A DNA stretch of 64,000 nucleotides, from the IMG/VR virus record IMGVR_UViG_3300044513_003764, positions 1 through 64,000 of that record. One strand, 5' to 3'. Every line of letters starts with the position of its first letter. Position 1 is the first letter of the stretch. The notes beneath the pieces were generated by a model, which worked only from the letters and a program-made list of their open reading frames with translations, searched no databases and was not told where the DNA came from. Position numbers and translations under genes: made by a program. This document shows positions 37,362 through 45,650 of this stretch, piece by piece. The stretch comes from a virus (lineage: Duplodnaviria > Caudoviricetes).

Positions 37362-38030
37362 TCAAACTCCCTGGAAGTTTGCGGTAAGAATAGCTAAGAA
37401 GCCTGAAGAGGATGCACAATAATAAGTAAGTGCATCGGTAGATCCAGCAGCGGTCGAAAGGGTAGGCGCCGAACCGCCAGTAAACTGCCAACCACCGCTG
37501 TAACTGAGTAATCGACTGCCTGTACCGTCTTGGCGAACAACGATCTGGCCAGTCTGGCCGCCACTGGCGCTGGTAGGAGCCGCCAGAGTGTTGTTAGCGT
37601 CGTTAAGGGTGATATCGAAGTTATTACCGCTGCCGAAATCGAGGAAGATGACGCCAGAGACAGTCGAGGTCGAGATCGTACCGATCGACTGAGACTGAAC
37701 GGTTACGGGACCCGAGATAGGGCCACCGGTCTTGTCATACTTACCGCTAAGGTCAGTTAAAGCTGCGTTACCAGAAGCTTGAGCGGTAGCAGCATCGACA
37801 AGAGCAGCGTTACCGGAAGCGAGGGCGGCAGAGGCTTCAACTAAAGCTGCGTTACCGGAAGCTAAAGCTTCGTGCGCGAGCTCGCCGCTAGCAGAAGCAG
37901 CATAACGAACATCGAGTACGCCAACGTCAACACGCTTATTTAGTGTCCCGGAGGCTTGAATTACAGGGAAGTAGTCGCCACTGGCCAGCGTTGTAATCGC
38001 TGAAAATTGCGATATTTTTTGGCTGGCCAT
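37362..38030 (-). CDS. SG-rich fibre adaptor protein, paralog B
   Basis: Three ASGNAAL repeats; RQDGTGSRLLSYSGGW. Confidence 0.75.
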   Translation of the reverse strand: MASQKISQFSAITTLASGDYFPVIQASGTLNKRVDVGVLDVRYAASASGELAHEALASGNAALVEASAALASGNAALVDAATAQASGNAALTDLSGKYDKTGGPISGPVTVQSQSIGTISTSTVSGVIFLDFGSGNNFDITLNDANNTLAAPTSASGGQTGQIVVRQDGTGSRLLSYSGGWQFTGGSAPTLSTAAGSTDALTYYCASSSGFLAILTANFQGV

Positions 38031-38032
38031 CG

Positions 38033-38509
38033 TTACGCAGTCTCTAAATCAATTGTAGACCCATCCTCCTGAAGCATAGCATCTAGGATTGCTCCGACGC
38101 TCGACTCCAACAAGAAGACAGACGTTGGGTTAGTAACAAAGAGCGGTCTAGAGGTTTCAACCTCAAGTTTTGTCGAGGTAATCGCTCGACCGACAATAGA
38201 AAGGTAGGCACCCTCGTAAGCAGTAAGGGCCAAGCCCGACGCCCACGCGGAATAATCAACGTTTACCCCAGAAGCTAGTAGGGATAGATATCTATACTCA
38301 CCAGGGTTATATCCACTGCCTCCGCTGTAAATAGCATCAGCATTAACTCGAATTAAAGCGCCTGCAGATCCTGCATCAAGAGCGACGCCGACAACAGACG
38401 CTGTATCAAGCTCGAGAGCGTTCGCTTTAAAAAGTAGACCAGAGGAGTTGAGGGCTACCGCATCCCCAGCTGAGATTGATTCTCCCGCCTTAAAAGAATT
38501 AATAGCCAT
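38033..38509 (-). CDS. small beta-rich virion protein (DUF2190-like), paralog B
   Basis: FKAGESISAGDAVAL..VVGVA; PGEYRYLS. Confidence 0.65.
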   Translation of the reverse strand: MAINSFKAGESISAGDAVALNSSGLLFKANALELDTASVVGVALDAGSAGALIRVNADAIYSGGSGYNPGEYRYLSLLASGVNVDYSAWASGLALTAYEGAYLSIVGRAITSTKLEVETSRPLFVTNPTSVFLLESSVGAILDAMLQEDGSTIDLETA

Positions 38510-38533
38510 CTCGACCTACTAGATCAATTAAGT

Positions 38534-38656
38534 CTAACCTTTTCCTTGGCCACGGGATTTTTTACGTCCGTGACTGGGAAGGCTGTGACGCCCTTGACCC
38601 TGACGGGTCTTCTTGGGCTTGGACTCGATCTGCTGAACGTTCTTGGGTTTCGACAT
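38534..38656 (-). CDS. 40-aa basic peptide
   Basis: MSKPKNVQQIESKPKKTRQGQGRHSLPSHGRKKSRGQGKG; TAATG coupling. Confidence 0.65.
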   Translation of the reverse strand: MSKPKNVQQIESKPKKTRQGQGRHSLPSHGRKKSRGQGKG

Positions 38657-39372
38657 TAGTCGACGTTGTTAACGGTCAGGATGATACTCGGAATGTCGGG
38701 GTGTGCTGGGACTGCGTGCCCGCTCGCAGCAAGAGCGACAACATCTAAGTCCTCAGAGTGCCAATAGAGTTCTGCAAACTCGTTAGTGTCCATAGAAAGC
38801 AAGAAGTTCCACGCGGCAACATTACGGTCCGAGGATCCCTCGACAACGATAGTAGTCGCGCTCCAAGGCACACCTACACCGTTCTTGCTCAACCAAATAT
38901 CTACGTCTTCCTTATTAGCACTACTCTTCTCTAGTTGTGCGGAAAACTGGATGTTGTACACGCCAGAGTTAGCGACCTGGATCATCGATCCCGACACGAC
39001 CGCAACGCCACGGGAATCAACAGTGGTGTTGTACGTGAATGCGTTACCGGAGGCTGCTGAAGGGTTTGTCTGTGTCGTAGTGTCAAAAGCGTTTAAGAAA
39101 TACCGCTGTGTCGCTGGTGTCCCAGCAGCGCCGCTAGGACCAACAGCACCGCTAGGTCCAACAGCACCGCTAGGTCCGATAGCGCCGCTAGGTCCAATAG
39201 CACCACTGGGTCCGGTAGGACCAGGAATGCCGTTGTTGATCAGAACAAGAGTACCGTCGTCCCTAGTCGTATATAAGTAACCAGACGGAGTATCGAGTAC
39301 GAGCTCCCCAACGGCGGGATCACCCGTAACTACGCCAGATGCAGTTCGCTTGAGACGCTGATAGTTAGCCAT
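38656..39372 (-). CDS. collagen-repeat fibre protein
   Basis: N-terminal QRLKR..GEL..DT anchor; 13 Gly-X-Y triplets; C-terminal beta domain. Confidence 0.8.
   Translation of the reverse strand: MANYQRLKRTASGVVTGDPAVGELVLDTPSGYLYTTRDDGTLVLINNGIPGPTGPSGAIGPSGAIGPSGAVGPSGAVGPSGAAGTPATQRYFLNAFDTTTQTNPSAASGNAFTYNTTVDSRGVAVVSGSMIQVANSGVYNIQFSAQLEKSSANKEDVDIWLSKNGVGVPWSATTIVVEGSSDRNVAAWNFLLSMDTNEFAELYWHSEDLDVVALAASGHAVPAHPDIPSIILTVNNVD
39115..39231 (-). repeat. collagen-like Gly-X-Y repeat including five 18-bp GPSGA(I/V/A) units
   Basis: Direct reading of the sequence. Confidence 0.9.
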
Positions 39373-40277
39373 CAGTAAACACCTCCGTCAATGTCGATAT
39401 CCACCCAGGATGAGCCATCCCAGACCTTGAGACGGTTAGTAGAGGTATCGAACCAACCAGCACCCTGAGTACTCGTCGCAGCAGGTGCCGCAGGTCCGTA
39501 AGCAAAGCTTCGAGAAGGTCCGGTCTCGTACCAGCCCGAAGTGGTTGCGTCGTATACGAACAACGAACCCATGAGGGTGTTGAACCAGATCGAACCGTCG
39601 CGAGGAGGTGCATTCTCGCCGGTACCCGAAGGAGCGATCTCCGACTTAAGTGCGATAGCTTCTGCGTTCGTCTGATACCACGCAGGCAACTCAATACCGT
39701 TACCCGAGGCGTACACAAACAGTCGACCTTCGTTGGTGTCAAACCAGAGGTCGCCCGCAGAGTAGTTTGTGCCGGGTGCACCAGAAACGGTTACAGAAGC
39801 ACCGCCGCCACCGCCACCAGCAGAGGTTCCGCTGATGAGCGCGAGAGAACCGCTGTAGTTGACGGAAACAGAGCCCTCACCCTCTGCATACAGGTTGAAC
39901 TTAGTACCGCCGTCAGATAAGTAGATACCGGAACCAGCGGTATAGAGAATCCCGGAAGCGGACGTAACAGTCGCGTTTATGACTGTGTAGCTACCGGAAG
40001 CGCTGAAGTAGATACCACTTCCAGCTGCGATATCTGCACCTCCGCCTCCAGCAGATATCCCGCTAATACTCGTATTTAAATCTTCGAGAGCCCTTACTAC
40101 ACCTTCGAAATTCCAGGGATACCCGTAAGGGCAACGAGAGTAGCTTGTAGTTCCCACGCCGCTTACGGTTGCAATCAGTTCTTCGATAACGGTGACGATA
40201 CCTTCGAAGCTCTCAGAGTGCAGAGCCCGAGGAAACGTGCCGTGAGTTGGACAAGGAGGCGAATTGATTTCAGGCAT
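39372..40277 (-). CDS. SG-rich fibre protein
   Basis: Repeated GDLWFDT/GSIWFNT/GWFDT units; terminal DGGVY. Confidence 0.75.
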   Translation of the reverse strand: MPEINSPPCPTHGTFPRALHSESFEGIVTVIEELIATVSGVGTTSYSRCPYGYPWNFEGVVRALEDLNTSISGISAGGGGADIAAGSGIYFSASGSYTVINATVTSASGILYTAGSGIYLSDGGTKFNLYAEGEGSVSVNYSGSLALISGTSAGGGGGGASVTVSGAPGTNYSAGDLWFDTNEGRLFVYASGNGIELPAWYQTNAEAIALKSEIAPSGTGENAPPRDGSIWFNTLMGSLFVYDATTSGWYETGPSRSFAYGPAAPAATSTQGAGWFDTSTNRLKVWDGSSWVDIDIDGGVY

Positions 40278-40374
40278 TAAAATACAAACCCCTCCGTATC
40301 CCCTACTTTAGCGGATGCTACGCAAGAAATAAATTCTACAGATACAACGAAAGTTGTACCGGGAGAGCTAGGGG

Positions 40375-40533
40375 TTAGTTAACGGAAGTTTCAAGGAAGA
40401 TAAGCTCGCCATCCCGCTCATGGAAAGCGAGTTCTTCAGCAAGTTTCCAAGCAGGTACACCAAGCGTAGAAGCTCTTCGACGCAGGGCTTCCCAAGAGAG
40501 CTCTCGAGGCGGCTTTAGCGCTGTCTCAGACAT
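40375..40533 (-). CDS. small hypothetical protein (52 aa)
   Basis: Hand translation MSETALKPPRELSWEALRRRASTLGVPAWKLAEEL... Confidence 0.55.
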   Translation of the reverse strand: MSETALKPPRELSWEALRRRASTLGVPAWKLAEELAFHERDGELIFLETSVN

Positions 40534-40975
40534 AGACCCTTGAAGAGTTCTTTAAAGTTTACCAAATTATGTGGAGTACAGTAACCCCACGGGGTCGTCT
40601 AAAAAAATTCCTCTTAAAAAAAATCCCCTGAAGTCGGGTTTGACGCTTAATTGACCATCGAATAGAACTATTTAACTTATCTAAATTCGAGTGCTTTAAT
40701 TATATACAAATAGTCTTAGTGGAAATAACCGACCAAATTTCCGACCAAAGGGAACTTTTAAAGGACCTTGACTCGCGAGCAAATGACGGTCAGAGTCCTA
40801 TTAGAAAGAAGATAATTTTTACTGAACTTTTGAGCTTACCCCTCACTGCATGCGCACCATGCTCTCCATGAGCCTCCCTCGCTTAAACGGTCACGTCTCA
40901 GTAAGACTTAGACTGAGTTCAATACACATGGACGTTTCTGGGGCTACTTACTTGCTAGGATCCTCATAGAGACGC
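40534..40975. promoter_or_regulatory. largest non-coding, AT-rich divergent region (promoters, possible origin)
   Basis: No credible ORF; A/T runs; CCGACCAAA x2; GAACTTTT x2; strand switch. Confidence 0.55.
40778..40839. repeat. bipartite element, copy 2
   Basis: AGCAAATGACGGTCA-N31-GAACTTTTGAGCTTAC. Confidence 0.75.
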
Positions 40976-41680
40976 ATGGTTCTCATGGCTTTTGATCCGC
41001 GTGCACTGGCTCTCTTAGGTCTGCTTGACCTGAGCACATCAACGACAGGCTCTATGCCTCCCACGGGGATTCCCGAGGCGGTAGAGCACCGAGACCACTG
41101 GCAGGTCGAACACTTCAAGGACGTAGCGGTCTGGCGTTGCCGCTGCGCTCGCTCGCAGCCGATCGTCGTACCTCAGTCTCTAATGGGACGAGTCAGGCTC
41201 CCTAACGACCTGATCCGTGCTTGTGAGCTCTGCCGCGCCGAGCTCGAGAGCGCTCGAGGCAAGAGCGGCCTTCTACGCGCCTGGCTCGAACGAAACCGTG
41301 CTTGCATCGACAAGGACAGCTGCCTGCTTCTCCCGGACGATCTCGGCTTCTGCAGGGACAAGGACCGCCAGGCCTCGATCAGCACCCGTCGTTTCATTTA
41401 CGAAAGGTTCCATAAGACACAATTAAGATCAGATGACTACGTGAAGACCAGCTGCAACGATGCTGACTGTATAAACCCTCACCATTTATGCCTGACCTCC
41501 GCCCCCGCCCAGAAGATTACGAAACGGATGCGCTTGATCATCCATCAGCTCAGCCGAGCTGGAGTTTCAGTCCAAACCACCCGGCAGCTCTTGCGCGAGA
41601 AATACTCAGTCGAACTTTCCGAGAGATCGATCAGACGCGTACTTACAGAAAACGAGCCGCAGCTAAGCTCGCTCACTTAG
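40976..41680 (+). CDS. Zn-binding protein with degenerate HNH finger and C-terminal HTH
   Basis: CRC..CELC; VKTSCNDADCINPHHL; LREKYSVELSERSIRRVL. Confidence 0.7.
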   Translation: MVLMAFDPRALALLGLLDLSTSTTGSMPPTGIPEAVEHRDHWQVEHFKDVAVWRCRCARSQPIVVPQSLMGRVRLPNDLIRACELCRAELESARGKSGLLRAWLERNRACIDKDSCLLLPDDLGFCRDKDRQASISTRRFIYERFHKTQLRSDDYVKTSCNDADCINPHHLCLTSAPAQKITKRMRLIIHQLSRAGVSVQTTRQLLREKYSVELSERSIRRVLTENEPQLSSLT

Positions 41681-41892
41681 TTTATGAGTTACAGTGCCTT
41701 CAACCTGCTGAGATCAGCGATGTCGCTGAAGCTCTAGGTCAATCACTCAACACCACGCGGTCACAGCTCGATCAGCTACGCCGACTTGATCTTGTCGTCA
41801 GAACTCGGTTCGAGCAGCATGCACTTTATTGTTTAAATGGCCATCACCACTTACTTATCTCCGAGATACTCCGAACGCTCGAGTACGTCTGA
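41488..41892 (+). CDS. ArsR-like winged-helix protein (overlaps upstream gene)
   Basis: ISDVAEALGQSLNTTRSQLDQLRRLDLVVRTR...YCL. Confidence 0.65.
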   Translation: MPDLRPRPEDYETDALDHPSAQPSWSFSPNHPAALAREILSRTFREIDQTRTYRKRAAAKLAHLVYELQCLQPAEISDVAEALGQSLNTTRSQLDQLRRLDLVVRTRFEQHALYCLNGHHHLLISEILRTLEYV

Positions 41893-42304
41893 GTACCACC
41901 CAGAGCCTAAGAAGAGCCTCTGGAAAGCGGAGAATATGATCGACAACCTTCCTCCTTGGATCTACTCGTCCCACGAGGAACCAAAGTCGGTCCAAGAGTG
42001 CCGAGCTCGGATCAGCTCTCTCGAGTTCACTATTCGGGATATCGACCTTCAGTTCGAGATTCGGGAACTTGAACTCCGCACGGGGAACTCACGCCACAAC
42101 TCGGCTTTTGACTTTGAGAAATGGCGTATCGGTGCGCTCCGCGCTAAGCAGACGCACTTCTACGTTCTGAATGCACTGACTTACTGGTTGATCCTGAATA
42201 CCGCTGAGGAAGCTGATCTTAAAAAGAAATTCACAAGACTCACTCAGCTCCTAATCGAAGATCCTAAAGATTTTGTTCAACAAGCTGAAGCACTCCTAGA
42301 CTGA
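41837..42304 (+). CDS. hypothetical coiled-coil protein
   Basis: ORF track. Confidence 0.7.
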   Translation: MAITTYLSPRYSERSSTSEYHPEPKKSLWKAENMIDNLPPWIYSSHEEPKSVQECRARISSLEFTIRDIDLQFEIRELELRTGNSRHNSAFDFEKWRIGALRAKQTHFYVLNALTYWLILNTAEEADLKKKFTRLTQLLIEDPKDFVQQAEALLD

Positions 42305-42436
42305 TTGTGTCAGTTGTGTAAGAACGGCCACGGCTGACTCAGAGGGTTCGGGTAGGCTTTTCGTCGTTTCGCCCCCGAGGTAACTCATCCTGACTGCCAA
42401 GCGCTTGGTGGTCGAGGGAGCCCTCATGCAAATCAA

Positions 42437-42763
42437 ATGGACACCAGCATCAGAGAAACCAAAGAGATCCTCAAGGCTCTCCAGAGCATTGATGTCTCGC
42501 TCCAACTCCTAGCCAGCGCTCAAGGAGAGCGGCGGAGGACCACGGCTTTCGTGTCTAAGAAGGTCATCACGCAGCGTCTAAACATCCCTGCTGTTGCCTT
42601 GGACAAACTCATTCACCAAGGGATTGCCTCTAGAGGCGCATCAGGTCTGGTGGAGGGTAAACACTACTGCAAATTAGATCCATCAGATAACAACAGCGCT
42701 AAATTCCTATACGATGCACAGGCGATCATCGACTCTGCCTGGGAGGGTTTCAAGAATGTCTGA
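42437..42763 (+). CDS. putative excisionase/MerR-like HTH protein
   Basis: FVSKKVITQRLNIP...LVEGKHY...FLYD. Confidence 0.55.
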   Translation: MDTSIRETKEILKALQSIDVSLQLLASAQGERRRTTAFVSKKVITQRLNIPAVALDKLIHQGIASRGASGLVEGKHYCKLDPSDNNSAKFLYDAQAIIDSAWEGFKNV

Positions 42764-43175
42764 TCTGTCCGGTAGAGCTAAGCAGCTCATCAAGACCCTC
42801 TTTGGTGGCAACGAAACCGAGAACATGATCGCGGCGGGTGTCGCCCGGACGATCATCGCTGACATCACACGGCTTTACTTCGAGAACCGAGCTGCTCTCG
42901 GTAAAGGGATTCTGGTCTTCAATCCCACCGATCCGGAGAAGAGCAAATACCTCACCGTCACTGATCTCGAAAGTGACCTCGCTGTTGCTCAGGAGATGTG
43001 TCACGAGGAGGCGAGCGAGATGTTCCAGAAGATTATTAAGTTCATCGAAAAAGAAAGCGAAGCTGATCTGGCACTCGTAGCTCTGATCGATGGAGGCGGT
43101 GTCGCGCTCCACATCCTCGACGCCAAAGAAGCGAACACCCGGATCGATGAGTTCAAAAACGGACTTATCTATTAA
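42756..43175 (+). CDS. hypothetical protein
   Basis: ATG 42756 in ORF 42714..43175. Confidence 0.7.
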   Translation: MSDLSGRAKQLIKTLFGGNETENMIAAGVARTIIADITRLYFENRAALGKGILVFNPTDPEKSKYLTVTDLESDLAVAQEMCHEEASEMFQKIIKFIEKESEADLALVALIDGGGVALHILDAKEANTRIDEFKNGLIY

Positions 43176-43737
43176 GGACTTTGTTTCCCCTCCGGAGATT
43201 ATCGCCACGGCTGCGGCTCTCTTTGAAGGGGAAATAGATCTAGATCCTGCTTCTAGCGAACACGCGAATACAATCGTTCAAGCGAACCGGTACTTCACTC
43301 GCGAAAACAACGGTTTATTCCAGGACTGGCGAGCGAAGAACATTTATCTGTTTCCACCTAGAGAAATCCTTTACAAATCTCAGCAACCTGAAAACAAACT
43401 TCTCTACGAGAAGAAACACCAGTTCAAAAAGTCAGCACAACGAGTGTGGCTTGAGGAGGCACGTCGCAAGTGGTTAAGGCAAGAGTTCGACCAGGGGCTG
43501 ATCTTTATTACATCTACCGAGGTAGCTCTGCTGTCCACGCAACGAATCGGATTTGACTACCCAATGTGCGTACTGAAGGAAAAGCCGAAATTACTCGTCG
43601 ACGAAGCTGGCCTACCAAAAATTAGACACACTAAAGCTCTGGGCTTTCTTTTCTATCTGCCGCCTACTGAGGCCTACCAAACTGGGGTGCAGAACTTCTA
43701 TAACTTGTGTAGTACTCTGGGACGGGTGTATATCTGA
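43147..43737 (+). CDS. phage Dam-like N6-adenine methyltransferase-fold protein with altered catalytic motif
   Basis: DF.SPP, IDLDPAS, A.RYFT.E.NGL.Q.W, then IYLFPPR instead of NPPY. Confidence 0.7.
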   Translation: MSSKTDLSIKDFVSPPEIIATAAALFEGEIDLDPASSEHANTIVQANRYFTRENNGLFQDWRAKNIYLFPPREILYKSQQPENKLLYEKKHQFKKSAQRVWLEEARRKWLRQEFDQGLIFITSTEVALLSTQRIGFDYPMCVLKEKPKLLVDEAGLPKIRHTKALGFLFYLPPTEAYQTGVQNFYNLCSTLGRVYI

Positions 43738-43990
43738 TCGGGTCAGCGGTATCCCAGGATTCATCAGGACCGTAGTTGTCCCTTTCGCCGAAACCAACGC
43801 CAACAGGCTCAGAAGAACTTAGTTTTCTGCGTGCCTCGCGGTCTTGCCTCCGACTACGTTCTCTCTCAGCGGTTTGGAACAGCTCACCGGCAAACCTAAA
43901 TCCACGGGTTGTTTTTTCTAGGTGAGAAAAACGCCGCGCACCAAAACTCTCCGCACGACGTTCTGAACCGGTTGGAGCAATGTTCGCCAT
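43664..43990 (-). CDS. hypothetical R-rich protein
   Basis: ORF track; coupled to upstream - strand gene. Confidence 0.6.
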   Translation of the reverse strand: MANIAPTGSERRAESFGARRFSHLEKTTRGFRFAGELFQTAERERSRRQDREARRKLSSSEPVGVGFGERDNYGPDESWDTADPIRYTPVPEYYTSYRSSAPQFGRPQ

Positions 43991-44745
43991 CAGATGTTGT
44001 AGGACATCAGGCGCTGTACATCAGGGCTGCTGCTGAGAGTAGAGGTGTATGCAGCTAAGGTGTCGCCACCGCCCCTGATCAGTTTTTGAGTCTGAGGGTC
44101 GGCGTAGCTGTACTGCTCCCGATAAGCAGGGCCGAGAGTCATCACACTCTTGATCGCCTCAGGATCAATAGGGGCGACAGCATCGGGTGCTTTAAATGCA
44201 CGCTCATAATCAGGGCTGCGCATCAAGCTGTACTGCTTGGTTATGTCCTGAATTCGTCCGCCGAGACGGTCGTACGGCTCGTCAATACGAGGATCAACAT
44301 TCAGGTCTTCGCGAGCCTGAATGTAGATTTTATCCATCGTGTCGCTGAAGTCTTTGTAGTACTCACCACGCGCTTCCTCAGTAGGTAGACCAGTCAGGTC
44401 CCCGAGACGGTCGTACACCTCACGAATCTGACCGAGAGTCTCTCCCATCCACTCCTTAATAGTATCGATCGACTGTTGCTGGGTTCCGCCTTGAGCAGTG
44501 GTGAACATATCCCCGATGCCACCTGCAACGCGTGACAGCCCCGGAATCGCGTTGGCGATTGTTCCTAAAACTCCGCCGCCTCTAGCACTTGTGAAGGAAG
44601 GACCCGTCCCAAAAGTCCCGGCAGTATCGACACCAAAACCGCCGCCCCAGCTAGAGCCGCCGCCCCAGTTGGTGGTGGGGAGTGATCCACCCGGCAGACT
44701 CGCAGGGGTCACACCTGCATAACTAGGGATTTCGTAGAGAGCCAT
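43990..44745 (-). CDS. putative internal virion protein
   Basis: G-rich N-terminus, helical core, late module. Confidence 0.65.
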   Translation of the reverse strand: MALYEIPSYAGVTPASLPGGSLPTTNWGGGSSWGGGFGVDTAGTFGTGPSFTSARGGGVLGTIANAIPGLSRVAGGIGDMFTTAQGGTQQQSIDTIKEWMGETLGQIREVYDRLGDLTGLPTEEARGEYYKDFSDTMDKIYIQAREDLNVDPRIDEPYDRLGGRIQDITKQYSLMRSPDYERAFKAPDAVAPIDPEAIKSVMTLGPAYREQYSYADPQTQKLIRGGGDTLAAYTSTLSSSPDVQRLMSYNI

Positions 44746-44775
44746 TTACAGGGACCGTCCTTTTCTAATACTAAA

Positions 44776-45639
44776 TCAAACTAAGCTGCTAGGGCTTTTA
44801 AAAGCCTTCATGGCGGATAAGGAAGCCTCCATCATCCCCCGCTTTGTTCTTTCAACGTTGCTAAGGAACTCCTCAACGCCCTTTCTTTTTTGCTGCTCAA
44901 GAGCTTCAGCCCTTTTAGCGGCGTCTCGTTCTGCTAGTAGTTCCTTTAGGTCACTCTTACTCACGTAATCCTTAGGCTCCTCAGCTTTCGGTGCTTCTGC
45001 TTTATCACCTTTACTTTTCCCTAAGACAGCATCAGCTAAGACCTTGCCCAAAGCCTCTCCGAGATATTCGTAAGCCTTGTCCTGCTCTTGAGTCCCAGCA
45101 GTATCCGTCTGCGCGCCGGGAGCCACGGCGACTTCTGCAGTTTCTTCGGGACGACTGATATCGCCATGACCAACTCGGAAGACAACCTGACCGCTCGGGT
45201 CAGTAGCCTCTGAGAAGTATCCGTAACCCTCTCCTGTCGAGCGGCGTACCTTACCTCCCGCCACGCCGGGAATATAAATTGAAGCGCCCTCTACAGCACC
45301 AGGCTCGAAACGGGACTTGCCTTTGAACGGAGCGTAAAAGTCAACCGACTGCCAACCTGGGTGAGAACTGTGGCTATGAGCGGCTGCCGCTTTGTTTAGA
45401 AGGTCGACCTTATCGGAGAGATCTAAGGAAGGGTTCCAGCGTGCGCCTGCTACAGAAGGGTTAGAGAACTCAATCTCTCTACCGATGGACTGATATTGTC
45501 GTGCGAGGCTATCCAGAGCTTGGACTTTCTGCGCAATAGGAAGCGACTCAAGTAACTTGAGGTCAATATGGTAATCAGTCGAACCGCCAATTTTTGCACT
45601 AGGACCCGTGTAGCCGGACCTAATAGGTGTAAATGACAC
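44776..45639 (-). CDS. putative internal virion protein with M23/LytM-like peptidase domain
   Basis: STDYHIDL..SVDF..GYGYF..VFRVGHGD; helical tail. Confidence 0.55.
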   Translation of the reverse strand: MSFTPIRSGYTGPSAKIGGSTDYHIDLKLLESLPIAQKVQALDSLARQYQSIGREIEFSNPSVAGARWNPSLDLSDKVDLLNKAAAAHSHSSHPGWQSVDFYAPFKGKSRFEPGAVEGASIYIPGVAGGKVRRSTGEGYGYFSEATDPSGQVVFRVGHGDISRPEETAEVAVAPGAQTDTAGTQEQDKAYEYLGEALGKVLADAVLGKSKGDKAEAPKAEEPKDYVSKSDLKELLAERDAAKRAEALEQQKRKGVEEFLSNVERTKRGMMEASLSAMKAFKSPSSLV

Positions 45640-45650
45640 GACGACCTTAT

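Noticed and set aside
39115-39231. 18-bp tandem repeat as a possible CRISPR array
   Set aside because: No spacers, in-frame coding repeat, and no cas genes.
38786-39280. + strand 164-aa ORF with PLGP repeats
   Set aside because: Antisense read-out of the collagen repeat.
40560-40760. DnaA boxes in the putative origin
   Set aside because: The best match (TACTCCACA) has two mismatches and is single.
42296-42505. - strand ORF between two + strand regulators
   Set aside because: Could be a real 43-aa gene from 42427, but it has no motif, RBS or bias that I can support.
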